A stretch of DNA of 64,000 nucleotides, taken from NCBI GenBank assembly GCA_038496445.1, contig JALMLS010000064.1, positions 124,001 to 188,000 of the forward strand. The letters run 5' to 3'. Numbering within the stretch: position 1 is the stretch's first letter; each line of letters begins with the position of its first letter. The stretch comes from Trichosphaerium sp. ATCC 40318 (taxonomy: Eukaryota; Protista; Tubulinea). The position numbers were made by a program, and so were the translations under genes. The notes below the pieces were generated by a model. The model had not been told where the DNA came from. It made no database searches and saw only the letters and a program-made list of their open reading frames with translations. Shown here one piece after another: positions 1 through 12,529 of this stretch.

Positions 1-810
1 CATCAAACAAATAAATGACTAGCGCACTTTGTAAATGGTCTGACAAGTTTTTTTGCCCACTCACTGACTGGTACGCCCTCTGCTGCACATCGTGCAAAAC
101 CAAGTAGGCACATTGTGGCCTTTTTCTGAATAAGGGGAGGCGTTAACCTACTCTTATGTTATAATATGCTCCTTAGGTTGAAACAAAGAAATATGCAGTA
201 CTCGTTGAAAACTTTGTGTTCTACAGTTGACATCAACGTGTCTAGACAAATTATTAGAATGCAGAATATAATCTCCACATGTCAAATCGACGTACTAGCC
301 ATTTCTTTTCCACCAATGTTGCATATCGCAGCAAGTGCAAGACACTGATGGTGCTGAGCATCAGATGTCAAATCCTTTTGAAATGTGTTTATAACAAGAG
401 GCACCATTGGATGGTTTTCATGCAAAACAACACCAAATGTAGTGTACCCCTTTGAGCAATCGTTATTTTACACGCTGTCAGATTTAGACTCGAATGGCGT
501 ACAATCAATTTGTCCAAGTATTTAGGAGATGCCAGTAGCTGTAGAACTTCGTTGTACCCGAAGTCAGGTTCGTAACCGAGTAAATACATGAATAATATTT
601 TACAGACATATTTTCGCCTATCATATGATCTTATTGGTTTGCTACCCTTCTGCGCCAAGAATTGCTTTTTTATATGTCCCAATTCTCTCTTAATACGCCG
701 TTCTATCCCAACGCATGTTAATGTGGGTGTGGTACTTGATTTCATGTACCTTCATCGTCTTTGGTTGCGCAAGCGCGTATGTCAGCAATAAAAACTGCCA
801 ACCCGCGCAT
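1..810 (-). CDS. AP2A: AP-2 complex alpha adaptin, 5' part (runs off left edge; multi-exon)
   Basis: First exon reads MRGLAVFIADIRACATKDDE (ATG at 810). Next exon reads IKRELGHIKKQF...YDRRKYVCKILFMYLLGYEPDFG...LLASPKYLDKLI, the alpha-adaptin N-terminus. Confidence 0.93.
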
Positions 811-988
811 GTACTGTTTCCCGTTCATTTTGGCACCAAATTGCAGTGTAACCTACGTATTTATCATGCGTTAAATAGAATTAAAATAAATGTGACAATT
901 TGCGAGGTTTTCGTTCCTGCAAAAAAAGTCAATCCTGTCAATAGTCAAGGAGCGGTTATTATCAGTAGAGCCGAGTGATCGTAGCGTG

Positions 989-3900
989 ATGGCCGGTTGG
1001 ATCACTGACGACCAACTCCAAGCCTTTACGAAAGATGAACTCTTTTCACATGCCAAACTACATATTAAAAGCTTGGAGGAAGGTGTAGTTCAAGACAAGT
1101 TCGATGAAGGTACATCTAGGCAATAGATTTAAAAAACAAAAAAAACAAGCGCGTAACTCGCCCGTAGAACAACTATTTCATGACCTGGAACAGCAGCTTC
1201 ACGCATCCCGCCAAGAAAACATTGCTTTGGCGAAAGCGCAAGCGGAAAATGCCAAAAAACTGGCTGAGCAAGGCAAGTACCACTGTTTAACCCCTACAAG
1301 CGTTAACAGAATCGCAGAAACGATAATAAATGCCAGTAAATTAACACATGAGGAAACGGCTGAAAAATTAAAACTGGCACAACAAACAAACAAAGCACTT
1401 GAATTGAAAGTAGCTGAGGTAGATCAACGATTACGTTCTAATCTGGCGTTCGTGGCTAACAAAGATAATGATATTGATAAACTACAAGGTGACGCGCAGA
1501 AGAAGCTCGTGTGGCTTTGTCTAGATACGTTATTCTGACATTTTTATTTTAGATCAAATCAAGCGAAGCCAAGCCGCTCAAGAGGCGATGTTGCAAGATA
1601 AATTAACATTGCGCAAGCAAGTAGTCAGCCTTGAGGAGTCATTGTTGTCTGCCAACATAGCAAAAATGACAGCAATGCAACAAAAGAACAAGTTGGAGAC
1701 AGATTGCAACACCCTAACCCTTGAGTTGACAAAAAAGACTGAAGAACTCAGTGTCATGAGACAAAAATCGGTACACTTTGGTGTGCTTGCGCAAATATAG
1801 AAAACTTACATATTGTCAAGGATGGTGAGATGGCCAAGCTGCAGCTTGAACTCAAGAACGAGACAGAAGAAAAAAAGAGAATTGAAAGCTTGTCCGAGAT
1901 GTTGAAGGGCAACCTTCAGTCCCACCACGAGCGTGTTCAACGCCTCACACTCCAACTCAAGGAATTGGGCGAAGACCGTGACGTAAACGAACAACACATG
2001 CGCAAGCAATTAGATGCTCAGACTAAATTGAAGTCTCTCTATGAAGAAAAAGCCAACAAGGTACCGACAGTACTATCAATCAACATGTGGTTTTTATTTT
2101 AAATGCCACACATATTGTTTTTAACAGTCATTACAAATAGGCACAAAAAGAGGTTGAGTCACTGCGATGCGCTATAGATGCTCTTCAAAAGTCAACTTCA
2201 GATGAAAAAGCAAAGCTTGCAGCGACTATTTCAAATTTAGAAACAGACGTGGCTGACCTTGAAGCAAAAATAAAGGAGCTTAATGCAGAAAACGACGAAT
2301 TGCTGATTAATGTTGAGACTCGAGCAGTTGGTCACATCCCTGTTGGGCCCCTTGACGAGCAGGCATTGAGACAGCGTGTGGATGAGATTTATGGCGCTGG
2401 AGGCAATGAAACCAAATACTTGAAAGAGCTTTTAGCACTAGACCACGCACATCAACAGCTCCAAGCCGAACTGCAAGAAAAGAATTCAGAAAATAGGCGA
2501 TTGAAGACCTTTACCAAGTACATCATGGATAAGGCAAATGCGGCTGGTTCGAGTATACTCGATCAGAGACGTGAGTACGAGGACACAATTGGTAAACACA
2601 AGCAAATCACACAGGAGTTGAGGATAACAAGGAACAATCTCAACCAAACTTCACTCTCCCTCTCAAAGTGCACTGACGAACTAGACCAACTCAGGTGCGT
2701 GGCAGCGTTATTAAAATGAGTATATCTCCTTCTATTAAATTGTCTATAATTTGACGCAAAATTTAGAGTACAGAACCGTGACCTTGCGAAACAGGTGCAA
2801 CGGTTGTTGCTTGAGCAAACTGTAGATAACAATTACGTTGATACCCCCGCTGTCATGGACAACAGTGATCCAAATGCACTCGTCAGTCAACATCTCGTCA
2901 CGTTCGGAACCATCAAGGTGAGAACTACAACTAGAACTAGAACATACTAACAAAAATTACTCTGTAGGAATTGCAAGAGAACAACAAGCGCCTTTTAGAG
3001 ATTGTCCGTCGGTTCAACATGGAGAAGCAAAAGGAACAAGAGGTCAATAGAGAGCAGATGCTCGCCAAAATAATGAAGGACATGCAAACACTACAAGATA
3101 AAACAAAGAAACAAGAAGAAGGTATTGCAGCGGTTGTAAAACAGAGAGATATGTACAAAGTACTCTATGAGAAGGTAAGTACAAACAGTGCGATTGACTT
3201 TAAACAGCTTTTTCTTTTTTTTGATTGACAAAGAACCAAAACCATGTGTGACACATACTAATACGTTCTTGCATGTAGGCACAAACCATCACACAATCCA
3301 AATCAGTACCAGATGTTGCTGTAGCTGTTGCAAACAAAGCCGCAGACCAGACTACGCAGGAAGCTTTTGACCATTACAAAGAGGAAACCAACAAAACCTT
3401 GAAACAAGCACAAGCCGAATGCTATGCACTAAAAAATGATACTCTTAAGCTCAAGTTAGAGCATTCCCAGGCCGTGACATCTCTAGAGATGTACAAGGAG
3501 CGTTTGGAGTCATTGAGTCTATCACAGCAACCTATTATAGACGAGAACAAGTCGCTCATAACTCGCGTCACAGAGCTTCAAGCGGAGATGTCGGTGGCGA
3601 AGGAGAGTTATGCTCGCCTCATGGCCAAGTCTGCCGATCTCGAATCAGAAATACGCGTAGCCAAGGTAGAGGTTGGCAAACTCGAGCATAGATTAGAAGT
3701 AGCCGGTGAAGAGCGCAACAGAGCGGTAATGGAGAGGCAACAAGCACAACAGCAAAACAAACAGCTTCAAGAACTTGTTTCAAAAGTGAGCCAAATCAAG
3801 GAGCTGTCTTTACAATCCGAACAAGAACTCATCAATAGATTGCGAGAAGAGGTTCAGACCAAGACTGGTGAGTGCACTACTGTTCGTATGGAGTTACAGA

Positions 3901-6900
3901 CAACGACCGATAAGTTGACGACTGCCTTGAAGGAAGAAAATGTTAAAGTGACAGCAGCTGAACTCAAGGTTGCCTCACTAGAAAAGAGTGTTGCTGATAA
4001 AACACAACGTCTTGAACTTGCCACAAATAACTTGATGCACGCGACACAGCGTGTGAAGCACTTGGAAGACAGGCTCGCCATCGCTGACACCAAGTTGAAA
4101 CTGGCACTGGAAGTTAAGAATTCAGGTTCAACGCCTTCTATAGCGCTAGAACTCCTAAACACTGACACCACCGACCTCAAGGAAAAGTTAGAACAAGCGC
4201 AGAAACAACACAAACACTTTGAAGAGCGTGCCTCAGCGTTAGCTAATGACCTCGAAGTGTTGTCTACAGAGTCCAAGAAACAGCTGGAAGAGTTCAAGGC
4301 CCTTATTCAACAACGTGATGCTGCCCTTGAAGAGGCGAAAGCGACTGTCAAGACATTGTCCGAACAGGTCGCAGCGTCAGAGAAGAAGTTAATCTCAGCG
4401 ACTAGTGCAGATAAGCAAACTATTCAAAAACTACAAGACTCGCTTCGTTCTGTTACCATGGCGAAAGATATCGCACACCACGCCCTCGAACAAAAGGAGG
4501 AAGGATACAAGGCCATGGAGCAACAGGTGGAGATGCAAGAGAGTCTCTTGAAGCAAACACAAAAGAATTACAAGGACAGAATGCATGAGTTAACGCAGAC
4601 CTTGGATAGAGCTGAAGCTCTTGAAGACAAGTTAAGGCAAGCTACAAAAGCCATAGAAGATCGTGATGTACGTTTTTGTGAACTCTCTATTACGTCAAAC
4701 AATGTTGTAAATGACTTATATGTTTTGTATTAGCAACAACTAGACCAAATGACGACAGAACATGCAGCTGCCTCTGACAAATGGGCTGTAACAAACAAAG
4801 CCAACCTACAAAAGGTAGTGGACTTGCAGGATAGGTACAAAGAGCTGTCGGTGTTTCAATAACTAATTTACTCTTAGAGTCGATGACCTGTCAGAGCAAA
4901 ACAAGTTGTTGTACAGTCAAGTCGACACGCTCACAAAATCTGTTGAGGACAAAGCCCTAAATACGCCTATCGCCCTCACTTCTGGTGACATTAACCAAAA
5001 AACAATACAAGAATTGAGGAAAATGGTACGTTCTTTGCGGTGTCCCAACAATCTATTCTTACTCTTTTTTCACTAAAGGTTGACTACCTCCGCAAAGAAA
5101 AAGACATTATGTCAAAGGAAGCCGAAGTAAAGCAGAGTGAGTGTGAGCGCTATAAGCAACAATCCGAATTGTTCTTGAAGGCGAAGGAGGAAGCAAAATA
5201 CCAATTGCGTCAGGTGCGATAATTGTCTAAAAATGACAAGTGTTTTTGTTAGTTACACTGAAACTAATGTTTTTATGTAGCTTCAACAAAAGGCAGAATC
5301 ATTTGCTTTAACAGAAGAGGACTACAGAAAGGCCAAAACGCAGTTGCTAGAGTTGAACATGACGAAAGAATCCAATGAAACACTACGCCGCAAACTCCAG
5401 GAGAAATCCCAAGAGTTTACTACGACCGTTGGGTCATTAAAGGCATTAAAAGCCAAGGCGCAGAGTATACTGGGTGCGTCCTTATAACATTTGTATCTTG
5501 AGTACTTTTATGGTTTTGTTTAAAAATCTAACGTCTCTGCGCATAGAGGACAAGAAACAACTAGTTGCAAAAGTAGCTGTACTGGAAAAAAATACGAGTG
5601 AGCTACAAGCGTCCATAACAGGTCGTGATGAGCGCATCAAGAAGTTGATTGTACGTAAACGAAAAAAAAAGTTTTTTGACACTCAGGGGATTTTGTTGAC
5701 TTGGTTTATCATTTAAGGACAAATACAAACAAATCGATCCAGTCGAGCACGAAAGAATACAAAAGCAGGTGAGCGAGCTCAAAGTACAGGTTGAAGACGG
5801 TAAAAAAACAGCAGCAGCGTCGAAAGCACTTGTGGAGAAGCTCAAAGCACAGCTTGCAGTCGCTACAAGCAATGCAGAAAAATTAAAAGCCAGTGCAGAA
5901 AAATTGAAAGGCCTTACGACAAAGCTCAGGGACAAGCTTATTGCCGAGAGGCGTGTTGTTGCCCAACAGAAAAACCAAATTGAAGCAATGAAGAAAAAGA
6001 GTACCGCCATAGCAACCGCAAAAAAGACGACAGCTGCGGCCAAAAAAGCAGAGGCGAATCGCGTTGCACCAGCCAAAGCAGCGGAAGCCAAGAAAGCGGC
6101 TCTCGAAAAAAAGAAGGCAGCCGATGCAAAGAAGGAATTAGAAGCCAAGAAGCAACGAGCACGTGAACGCACTGAAGCAGCCAAAGCAAAAGCAGCAAAG
6201 GAAGCCGAAGCGACCAAGGCTCTAGAAGCCAACGCTCAAACGGCCCAAACACCTCAAACACCTCAAACGGCTCAAGCATCTCAAACACCTCAAACGGCTC
6301 AAACACATGTCCCATCTGTGCCAGATGTTGCTACTACGCCTACAACCGCTACTGTCGCCACAGAGAGCCCCAAACCTGGAAATATGGCGGCACTTCTACA
6401 GCAGAGACTGGCTCAAGAGAAGGCACAGTTAGAGAGCCATAATCCAACACCAATGGAGGTAGAAGTGGCTGCATCGCCACCTTCAGCACCTGTTCCTGCA
6501 GTTGTGGTCGCCATACCGAGCGATCCGACGGTGACGCCTCTTGTACGTATTTCATTTAATCAAGTGGGCCGCCGGTTGCTTAAAGATAAACTATTAGGAA
6601 GCAAATATCATCCCTCTCCCAGAACATGTCGAAATTCCAGCGAGTAGTATTGTCAAGTTCACACCAGCACGCAATCTAACCGCAAGAGCCAGAAAATGGA
6701 ATGCAAGAACGAGGTATGCGACACACCATTCTGTTCTCGCTGTTTTGTATTTACTCAATTTGCAAAAAGGAACCACTACTCGCACACAAACACAAAGCTC
6801 ACCGGAAGAATAAGGAAGAGGGCGGAGAGTGCGCTTTGTAATTTTTATTATTATTATCCTAAGTTGTTGTTGCAGGCCAACCTTTGCCGGACCCTAAGCG

Positions 6901-6967
6901 CATAAAGAAAGATACACCAACGAAAGATGAAGAAAATGCCGAGCCCAAAACAGAGGGACAGAATTGA
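989..6967 (+). CDS. TPR: Nuclear basket nucleoporin TPR/Mlp1/NUA-like long coiled-coil protein (multi-exon)
   Basis: Long coiled-coil exons. Spliced motif HLVTFGTIKELQENNKRLLEIVR plus VKQRDMYKVL and VDYLRKEKDI match TPR/Mlp1. Low-complexity C-terminus. ATG 989, TGA 6965-6967. Confidence 0.85.
6234..6305 (+). repeat. 9-nt coding tandem repeat (AQT/PQT) in TPR tail
   Basis: About 8 units of (g/c)ctcaaac(a/g) encode AQTAQTPQTPQTAQASQTPQTAQT. Confidence 0.85.
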
Positions 6968-7347
6968 CGCACCAGATCTGGCTGTATTTTTTTTTCTTTG
7001 TACAATTCAGTAAATAAACCTAATACAAAACACCACGTGAAAAAATTGGACTGCAACCTTTTTACTTAGAAAAAGACTTGGCTGGACTCATGCATTACTT
7101 ACAGTTAAGAGGTTTGAGTACAATGCGTAATGACTTGTAAACAGTATGAGTGACAGTGATATTATGTTGATCGAACACGTACGATTTTACCGCCAGTGTG
7201 AAAATAATTACATGTTGGTTAGATGCCTCAAGATATATACAATCCGAAGGTTGTACCACAAAAAAAACAAAAAAAGACATACAGCAGTAGTACGCAATTG
7301 ATTTTTAATCGTTGAATTGTAACACGCAAAAAGAACCGCCCCTAAAA

Positions 7348-9253
7348 ATGATGGGTCTAGGACGTATTCGTGCGCCTCCTATCTCCAGAAACACGCGTAG
7401 AGCGTCCGCAGGTGCAAAAATGTCCACAAAACCTCTAAAGCGTAAACGAGAGAGCCGTCAGCAGTCCTCTCCTCGAAAAAAACAAAAAAAGCAAAAAAAC
7501 CCAACAATTAAAGATAAACCACAGCCAGTCATAGACTTAACCTGCAGCGACGATGCAATCGTAAAACTCAAGGCGAAAGGGTGTCAAACGGAACTGGGTT
7601 ACAAAAAAAGCGATATGTTGATACACTTTACAGCGAACACCCTTTCATTCGAGCCATCTAGTCAACACGATGTCCGACACGAGATTGAAGCGGCAAGGTT
7701 GTCAAGCGTCCGTGTTTGGTATGTATACAATTAACGACGACGATCAATGGCAGCCGTTAAACGACAACCAAGTTTGTTCTCAACTTGTACTTAACTCATG
7801 GTTCGTAGTTGCGAGGCGGCAAGTATAGTGCTGGACATTGAGGATTTAAAGTTAACAGACGAATTGAGTATCCTCATACCACTAGGACAAACAACTATCG
7901 GTCAGGACACTGCAAATTGTATTATAATTATGGCTGGCACAGAAGATAAGGCACATTGCAAACAACTGTTGTCACTATACAGCAACATTGCCTCTAACAT
8001 GTACGTTCAATATGCCTCGAGGGGCTCATTGCATTTTGTTGTAACACACCTTTAGATCGCAGGATGAGTTGCAAACACTGTGTACAGACGAAACCAGACA
8101 GCATATGCCAGTTCAAGTAAGAAGAAGAACGCGATCTCGGACCAGAGCGATGAAGTACGATCCTATATTTGGGTATTGCATTTTGAGTATGGAGCCACTA
8201 ACTTCAGCAGGAAGGGGACGCGTGCGCTTTTACCACGACATTTGGTGTGGCATCCGAAAGGAGCTAAACACGCCATTACTCTCACTGATGAAGACGTTGC
8301 TAGGCTCGAACCTGAAGAGTTGCTGAACGACAACCTGATACACTTTTGGATCCGGTACGAACCATATTATTTTACCAAACTTATTTTTTTGATTTGATGG
8401 ATGACACGTGGAAATACCATAACTTTGTTGTCACCACTGATGGTTGCCTTGTAGATATCTAGTTGAAAGAGAAATAGACAAAGGCCAAACGAAGGCGTTT
8501 CATTTCTTCAATTCCTTCTTTTATGCACAGCTGGTGAAGAAAGGATACGAACACGTTAAAAAATGGACCAAAAACGTGAATATATTTGACAAGGACTTTT
8601 TGGTGGTACCCATCAACGCTGCGTACGCACTTGCAAAAAATTATCCACAAAAATGTTTACAGTGATTCTTTAGTGCGCATTGGCGTGTTGCAATAATATG
8701 CTTTCCAAGACTCGTCGCTGAAAATCAAACAAATTCTGAACAGCGCGCCAGCAAACACAAGTGTGAGGACAACGATGTTATCAAGCGCCCTTGCATATTG
8801 CTTTTAGATTCCCTATCGTGCAGCCGAGATAAAGTAACCCAGAAATTGCGGACGTATCTGGAGAAGGAGTGGGACAAGCACTACGGCCAGGACAACCCAA
8901 ATGAAGAGAAAGTGAAATTCACTTTGAAAACACTGCCCTTCGTTAAAACAACCCCTCCACAACAAAGCAATTCGTCTGATTGCGGCATATTCATATTGAA
9001 GTATATAGAACAGTTCGTTAGGACCACTCCTGTTAATTTTGAGCGCAAGGCACTCAGCAAGCGGGTACGCTTTTTGTAATTAATCGTTAAACATCATTTT
9101 TCAAGCACCACCTGTGGTCAATACTCACGCAAATTCCAGCTTGGGCCAGAATGGTTCGAAAGCGATAGTATAGGCGACTATCGCAAAACAATCAGAAGCA
9201 GTATCAAGCGCCTAGTTGCTGAGCAGCCAAAGCATAAAGACGAAGGCACATAA
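7348..9253 (+). CDS. SUMO-specific protease, peptidase C48 (Ulp2/SENP6-7-like; multi-exon)
   Basis: LEPEELLNDNLIHFW, FHFFNSFFY, VVPIN..HW, LLDSL and PQQSNSSDCGIFILKYIEQF give the His-Asp-Cys triad. Basic NLS-like stretch and SIM-like PVIDLT near the N-terminus. Confidence 0.93.
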
Positions 9254-9378
9254 AAAAGACAGAAAGTAACAGTTTGTAGGCCAATCTTTAATCATAATAT
9301 TATTGTACATAAATTTGATTGCGCTCTCATTACAAAACACATTTGCTCATGTTTATTGTCGTACCGTTAAGGATCACT

Positions 9379-11361
9379 CTACGTACCTATGGATCGTTAG
9401 ATGTCATGATATGCTGACGGTGGCCAGAGAAACTACTTACCCCAGCCCTTGCCAGCAGTAGCGTTGAAGCCTTTCATGCCCCACCCACTGAGTGCGCCAG
9501 CGTTGGTTCCAGTAGTGTTGCCGAAGCCCGTGTTTGTTCCAGTGTTGAGTCCGCCAGTGTTGCCGAAGCCTGTGTTTGTTCCTGTATTGAGTCCTCCAGT
9601 GTTGCCGAAGCCCGTGTTTGTTCCAGTGTTAAGTCCCAAGTTTTTTGGTACATTTAACCCTGTACCCCAGCCTCCTCCTGTTGTTCCAGTGTTGAGTCCT
9701 CCAGTGTTGCCCCACCCGCTATTTGTTTTGGGGTTTACAAAGCCACCTGGACTCGTCGTGGGTGTGTTGAGGTTGAAACCTGTATTTGTAGTGGTATTGC
9801 CAAAGCCTGTGGTGCCGAGATTACCAAACCCTTTATTTTGAGTGGGATTTACAAAACCAAGGGGCGATGCCGTGTTGCTACCAAACCCTACGCACCTCAC
9901 TTAATAACCAATAATAATACAGCGCCAACGATCACAATAAACCGTACCTCCTTTCTGTTGCTGCTGTACCGGGGCTTTGCTTGGTGTGTAAAGTGCTGGT
10001 GGAATAGATGGGAACACAGCATCTGGAAGTCAAAGTCAGATATACTCGCCATTTATACAAAGTAATGACAATGACTTTGGGCAAAATAACAAAAAGTATT
10101 GCTCGCATGAAACGCACTTCTTCCTTTGAGGCGCGTGTTGTTCGGCTGTCCAAATGTCGTTACTTGTTGCATCTGCTTTGTATACGCTATGGAAAGTGGC
10201 GTTAACAGTTGTTAGAGCAGAGAGAGTGGTTGACGTGCGTATGAATGGATCTTTGGTGTCTTTTATTCTTGACTTTCTGTACTTCATGTACGCGCCTTGT
10301 AATTTCATCATTCTGTCGTACAGCCCAGATATGGATGCTGCCTAAACAAACGTGCGTGTCAGCTATACTGGCTGCTCTAAACATGTTTCTTCATTTGAAA
10401 GCATTCAAATACTGTACGTACCAGGTTGTTTGAGTATGCAACTTGCTCTTTGATCGTGTCTTGAAGTTCTAAAAAAAAAATCAAAAAACCAAACACACGG
10501 TGTTAAAAAACGGCTAACAATTGTCCCAAAGACATTGGTCGTTCTTTCAAGGACTCATTTTTACGAATCAGATTGTCCATACCTTCTGGTGGATGTGGTT
10601 TTTGATTGTCATCCATTGTGTCCAAGTATTGCTCTACCTGGTTCATTGACGCTTGCAACTGTGTCAGTTTAGTTTTAAAACTCTCTATTTGAGTGTCCCA
10701 ATACTGCTTGAAGGGATCACTATCTGTCATCCAGTCCCTTATCAAAAAAGTCACCACGACGCGAAGTGTACCCTCATTAAAAAAAAAAAGGGATCGTACC
10801 TCATTGCATTCGCATCCAACATGCCATTGTTAGCACGGAATCTGTGAAGCCAGTACATTTGTTGTTCTGCAAAGTCTATGGAGAAGCGCACTAAAAAATA
10901 GGTTGTTAAGACGTGACAAGCATAGATTGTTTCAATGTTGACACATGCGTGTATGTACATACCATTTTTTTGAATGTCCCGCCCTCTGGTCATTGCGTGA
11001 TCTATTTCTCGTAGAGCACACTCTAGGCTCCTTGACAGCGCGGTGGCGCGGGTAGTAATGTCATCCAGTGGTTTAGTCGAGTGTTGTTTTACTTCCTGCG
11101 ACGCTAATTTATGCTGTTGTATGGTAGTACTCGTAGCGTTAAGGATATTTTTTCTACAATTACGACAAAAACACGTTTAGGATACTGAATATTAATTATA
11201 GTAGCCTGCAGGTCTTGTGGTAGCTTAGCAAACTCTGTTGTGGGACCAATAGTTGTATTCGCTACACTGGCGGCAAAATTCTTGTTCATTTGCTCAGGCG
11301 TCAGTCTTGGAACCTGCGGTTGGGGTTGTTGAAACCTCGTAGGCGTAGCATTAAAGTTCAT
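9379..11361 (-). CDS. NUP58: Central-channel FG nucleoporin NUP58/Nup49-like (multi-exon)
   Basis: TEFAKLPQDLQATIINI, coiled-coil PFKQYWDTQIESFKTKL and YMKYRKSRIKDTKDPF resemble plant-type NUP58. C-terminal GFG/GWG repeats. Stop at 9379 if the last gtaagt...ctaac...ag intron is spliced, otherwise 9433. Confidence 0.75.
9513..9637 (-). repeat. 42-nt tandem repeat x3 encoding GLNTGTNTGFGNTG
   Basis: Three near-identical 14-aa units visible in ORF 9433..9900. Confidence 0.9.
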
Positions 11362-11556
11362 GTTGATGAAGTGGTTACAATAAAGCGCTAACGGAGAGAA
11401 TATTCAAAAAAATTCCTCGAGTTGATTAATCTCAATTGGATATCTTATTTTTTTGACACAACAAGTATTACAAAAACAGTGGAGGAGTACAATGTGTGCC
11501 ACAAAGCTGGAGACTGAATACATAGCGTGTTTGCAAGATTGTAGGGGGTGTGGTCA

Positions 11557-12400
11557 TTACCATGACATGTAAGGATCGTCAATGTGGTACAAGTTTTCAC
11601 TTGCCAATGTGGTCGCTTCAGCCACTGCTTCTTCCCAATTTTCGCCATCGAGCTCGTATAAGCGTTGGATTTCAGCCTAATTAATAAAAAAATAAACAAA
11701 ATGAAAGAAGCGTTGTACAAAAAAAAAACGGCACTGGTACTTACCGTAGAGATGTAACCGCCTGTTCCTTTAGTGTAAGGCTCGAGAATAGCGAGCTGTT
11801 CCATGAAGTTCTGGTTTTCTGGGTTCTTTTTGTACATATCTGTGAAGGTGTATGGCCCATTAGCGGCTACCCAACCAAGAGATCCGCCTATACGATTATT
11901 AGATAAAATGAAGGTGATTACTGGTTATAATTGAGTTTTTCATTATTTTGATCACTGTAGCGCTGAAAATAAGCGAACACCTACAGGTGTACACGCACCG
12001 TGAATTATTTCGACGTTTGTGAAACCAGCAGCTTCTAGTCTTTCAGCTGCGATGTTCGAGCGGTATGCGCTTCTGTTACTAGCAAGGAGTATGCGTGTGT
12101 CTTTTGGTAATTTTTCAGTCTCAGTTAAAAGATTGTCCAAGCCTGTGTGATTAAATCCATCCAAAAGTACATTGTCATGGTGGTAGTTCTTGCGAACGTC
12201 CAAAAACACTCCTTCACCGCCGGTTTTTAAAACTGAAACAGCTTCCTTTCCACTCACCTACATCACACTTTAGTACAGAAGCAAAATAAGCGCTAATTTA
12301 CCAGTTGGTAATTGCGGACTTGCAACTTTTTGGTAGAGGTAGCAGTAGACCTGGTACTACGTTGTACAGGCTTGCTTCGTGAAAAAGCTGTGCGCAACAT
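11557..12400 (-). CDS. Rhodanese-like domain protein with probable mitochondrial presequence (multi-exon)
   Basis: N-terminus MLRTAFSRSKPVQRSTRSTATSTKK is R/S/T-rich with no acidic residues. VFLDVR and RSNIAAERLEAAGFTNVEIIHG are rhodanese motifs. Confidence 0.75.
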
Positions 12401-12529
12401 TGTGTATTTGACTCAAAATAAGTTGTAAGAAGTGCGTAGACCCGCAAAACTTTTTTTGGACTAAAAAAATACACCCAAATAATAGTTGTTTCAAAACGTG
12501 TTTGATGTGTATTGTCTATTGTACAGGAT

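Noticed and set aside
5603-6232. 209-aa minus-strand Ala/Phe-rich ORF (also 3854..4297)
   Set aside because: Antisense shadow of the K/A-rich and coiled-coil TPR exons.
9449-9841. 130-aa Pro/Val repeat ORF on + strand; the repeats superficially resemble an array
   Set aside because: Antisense of the FG-repeat exon. The repeats are contiguous coding units without unique spacers, so not CRISPR.
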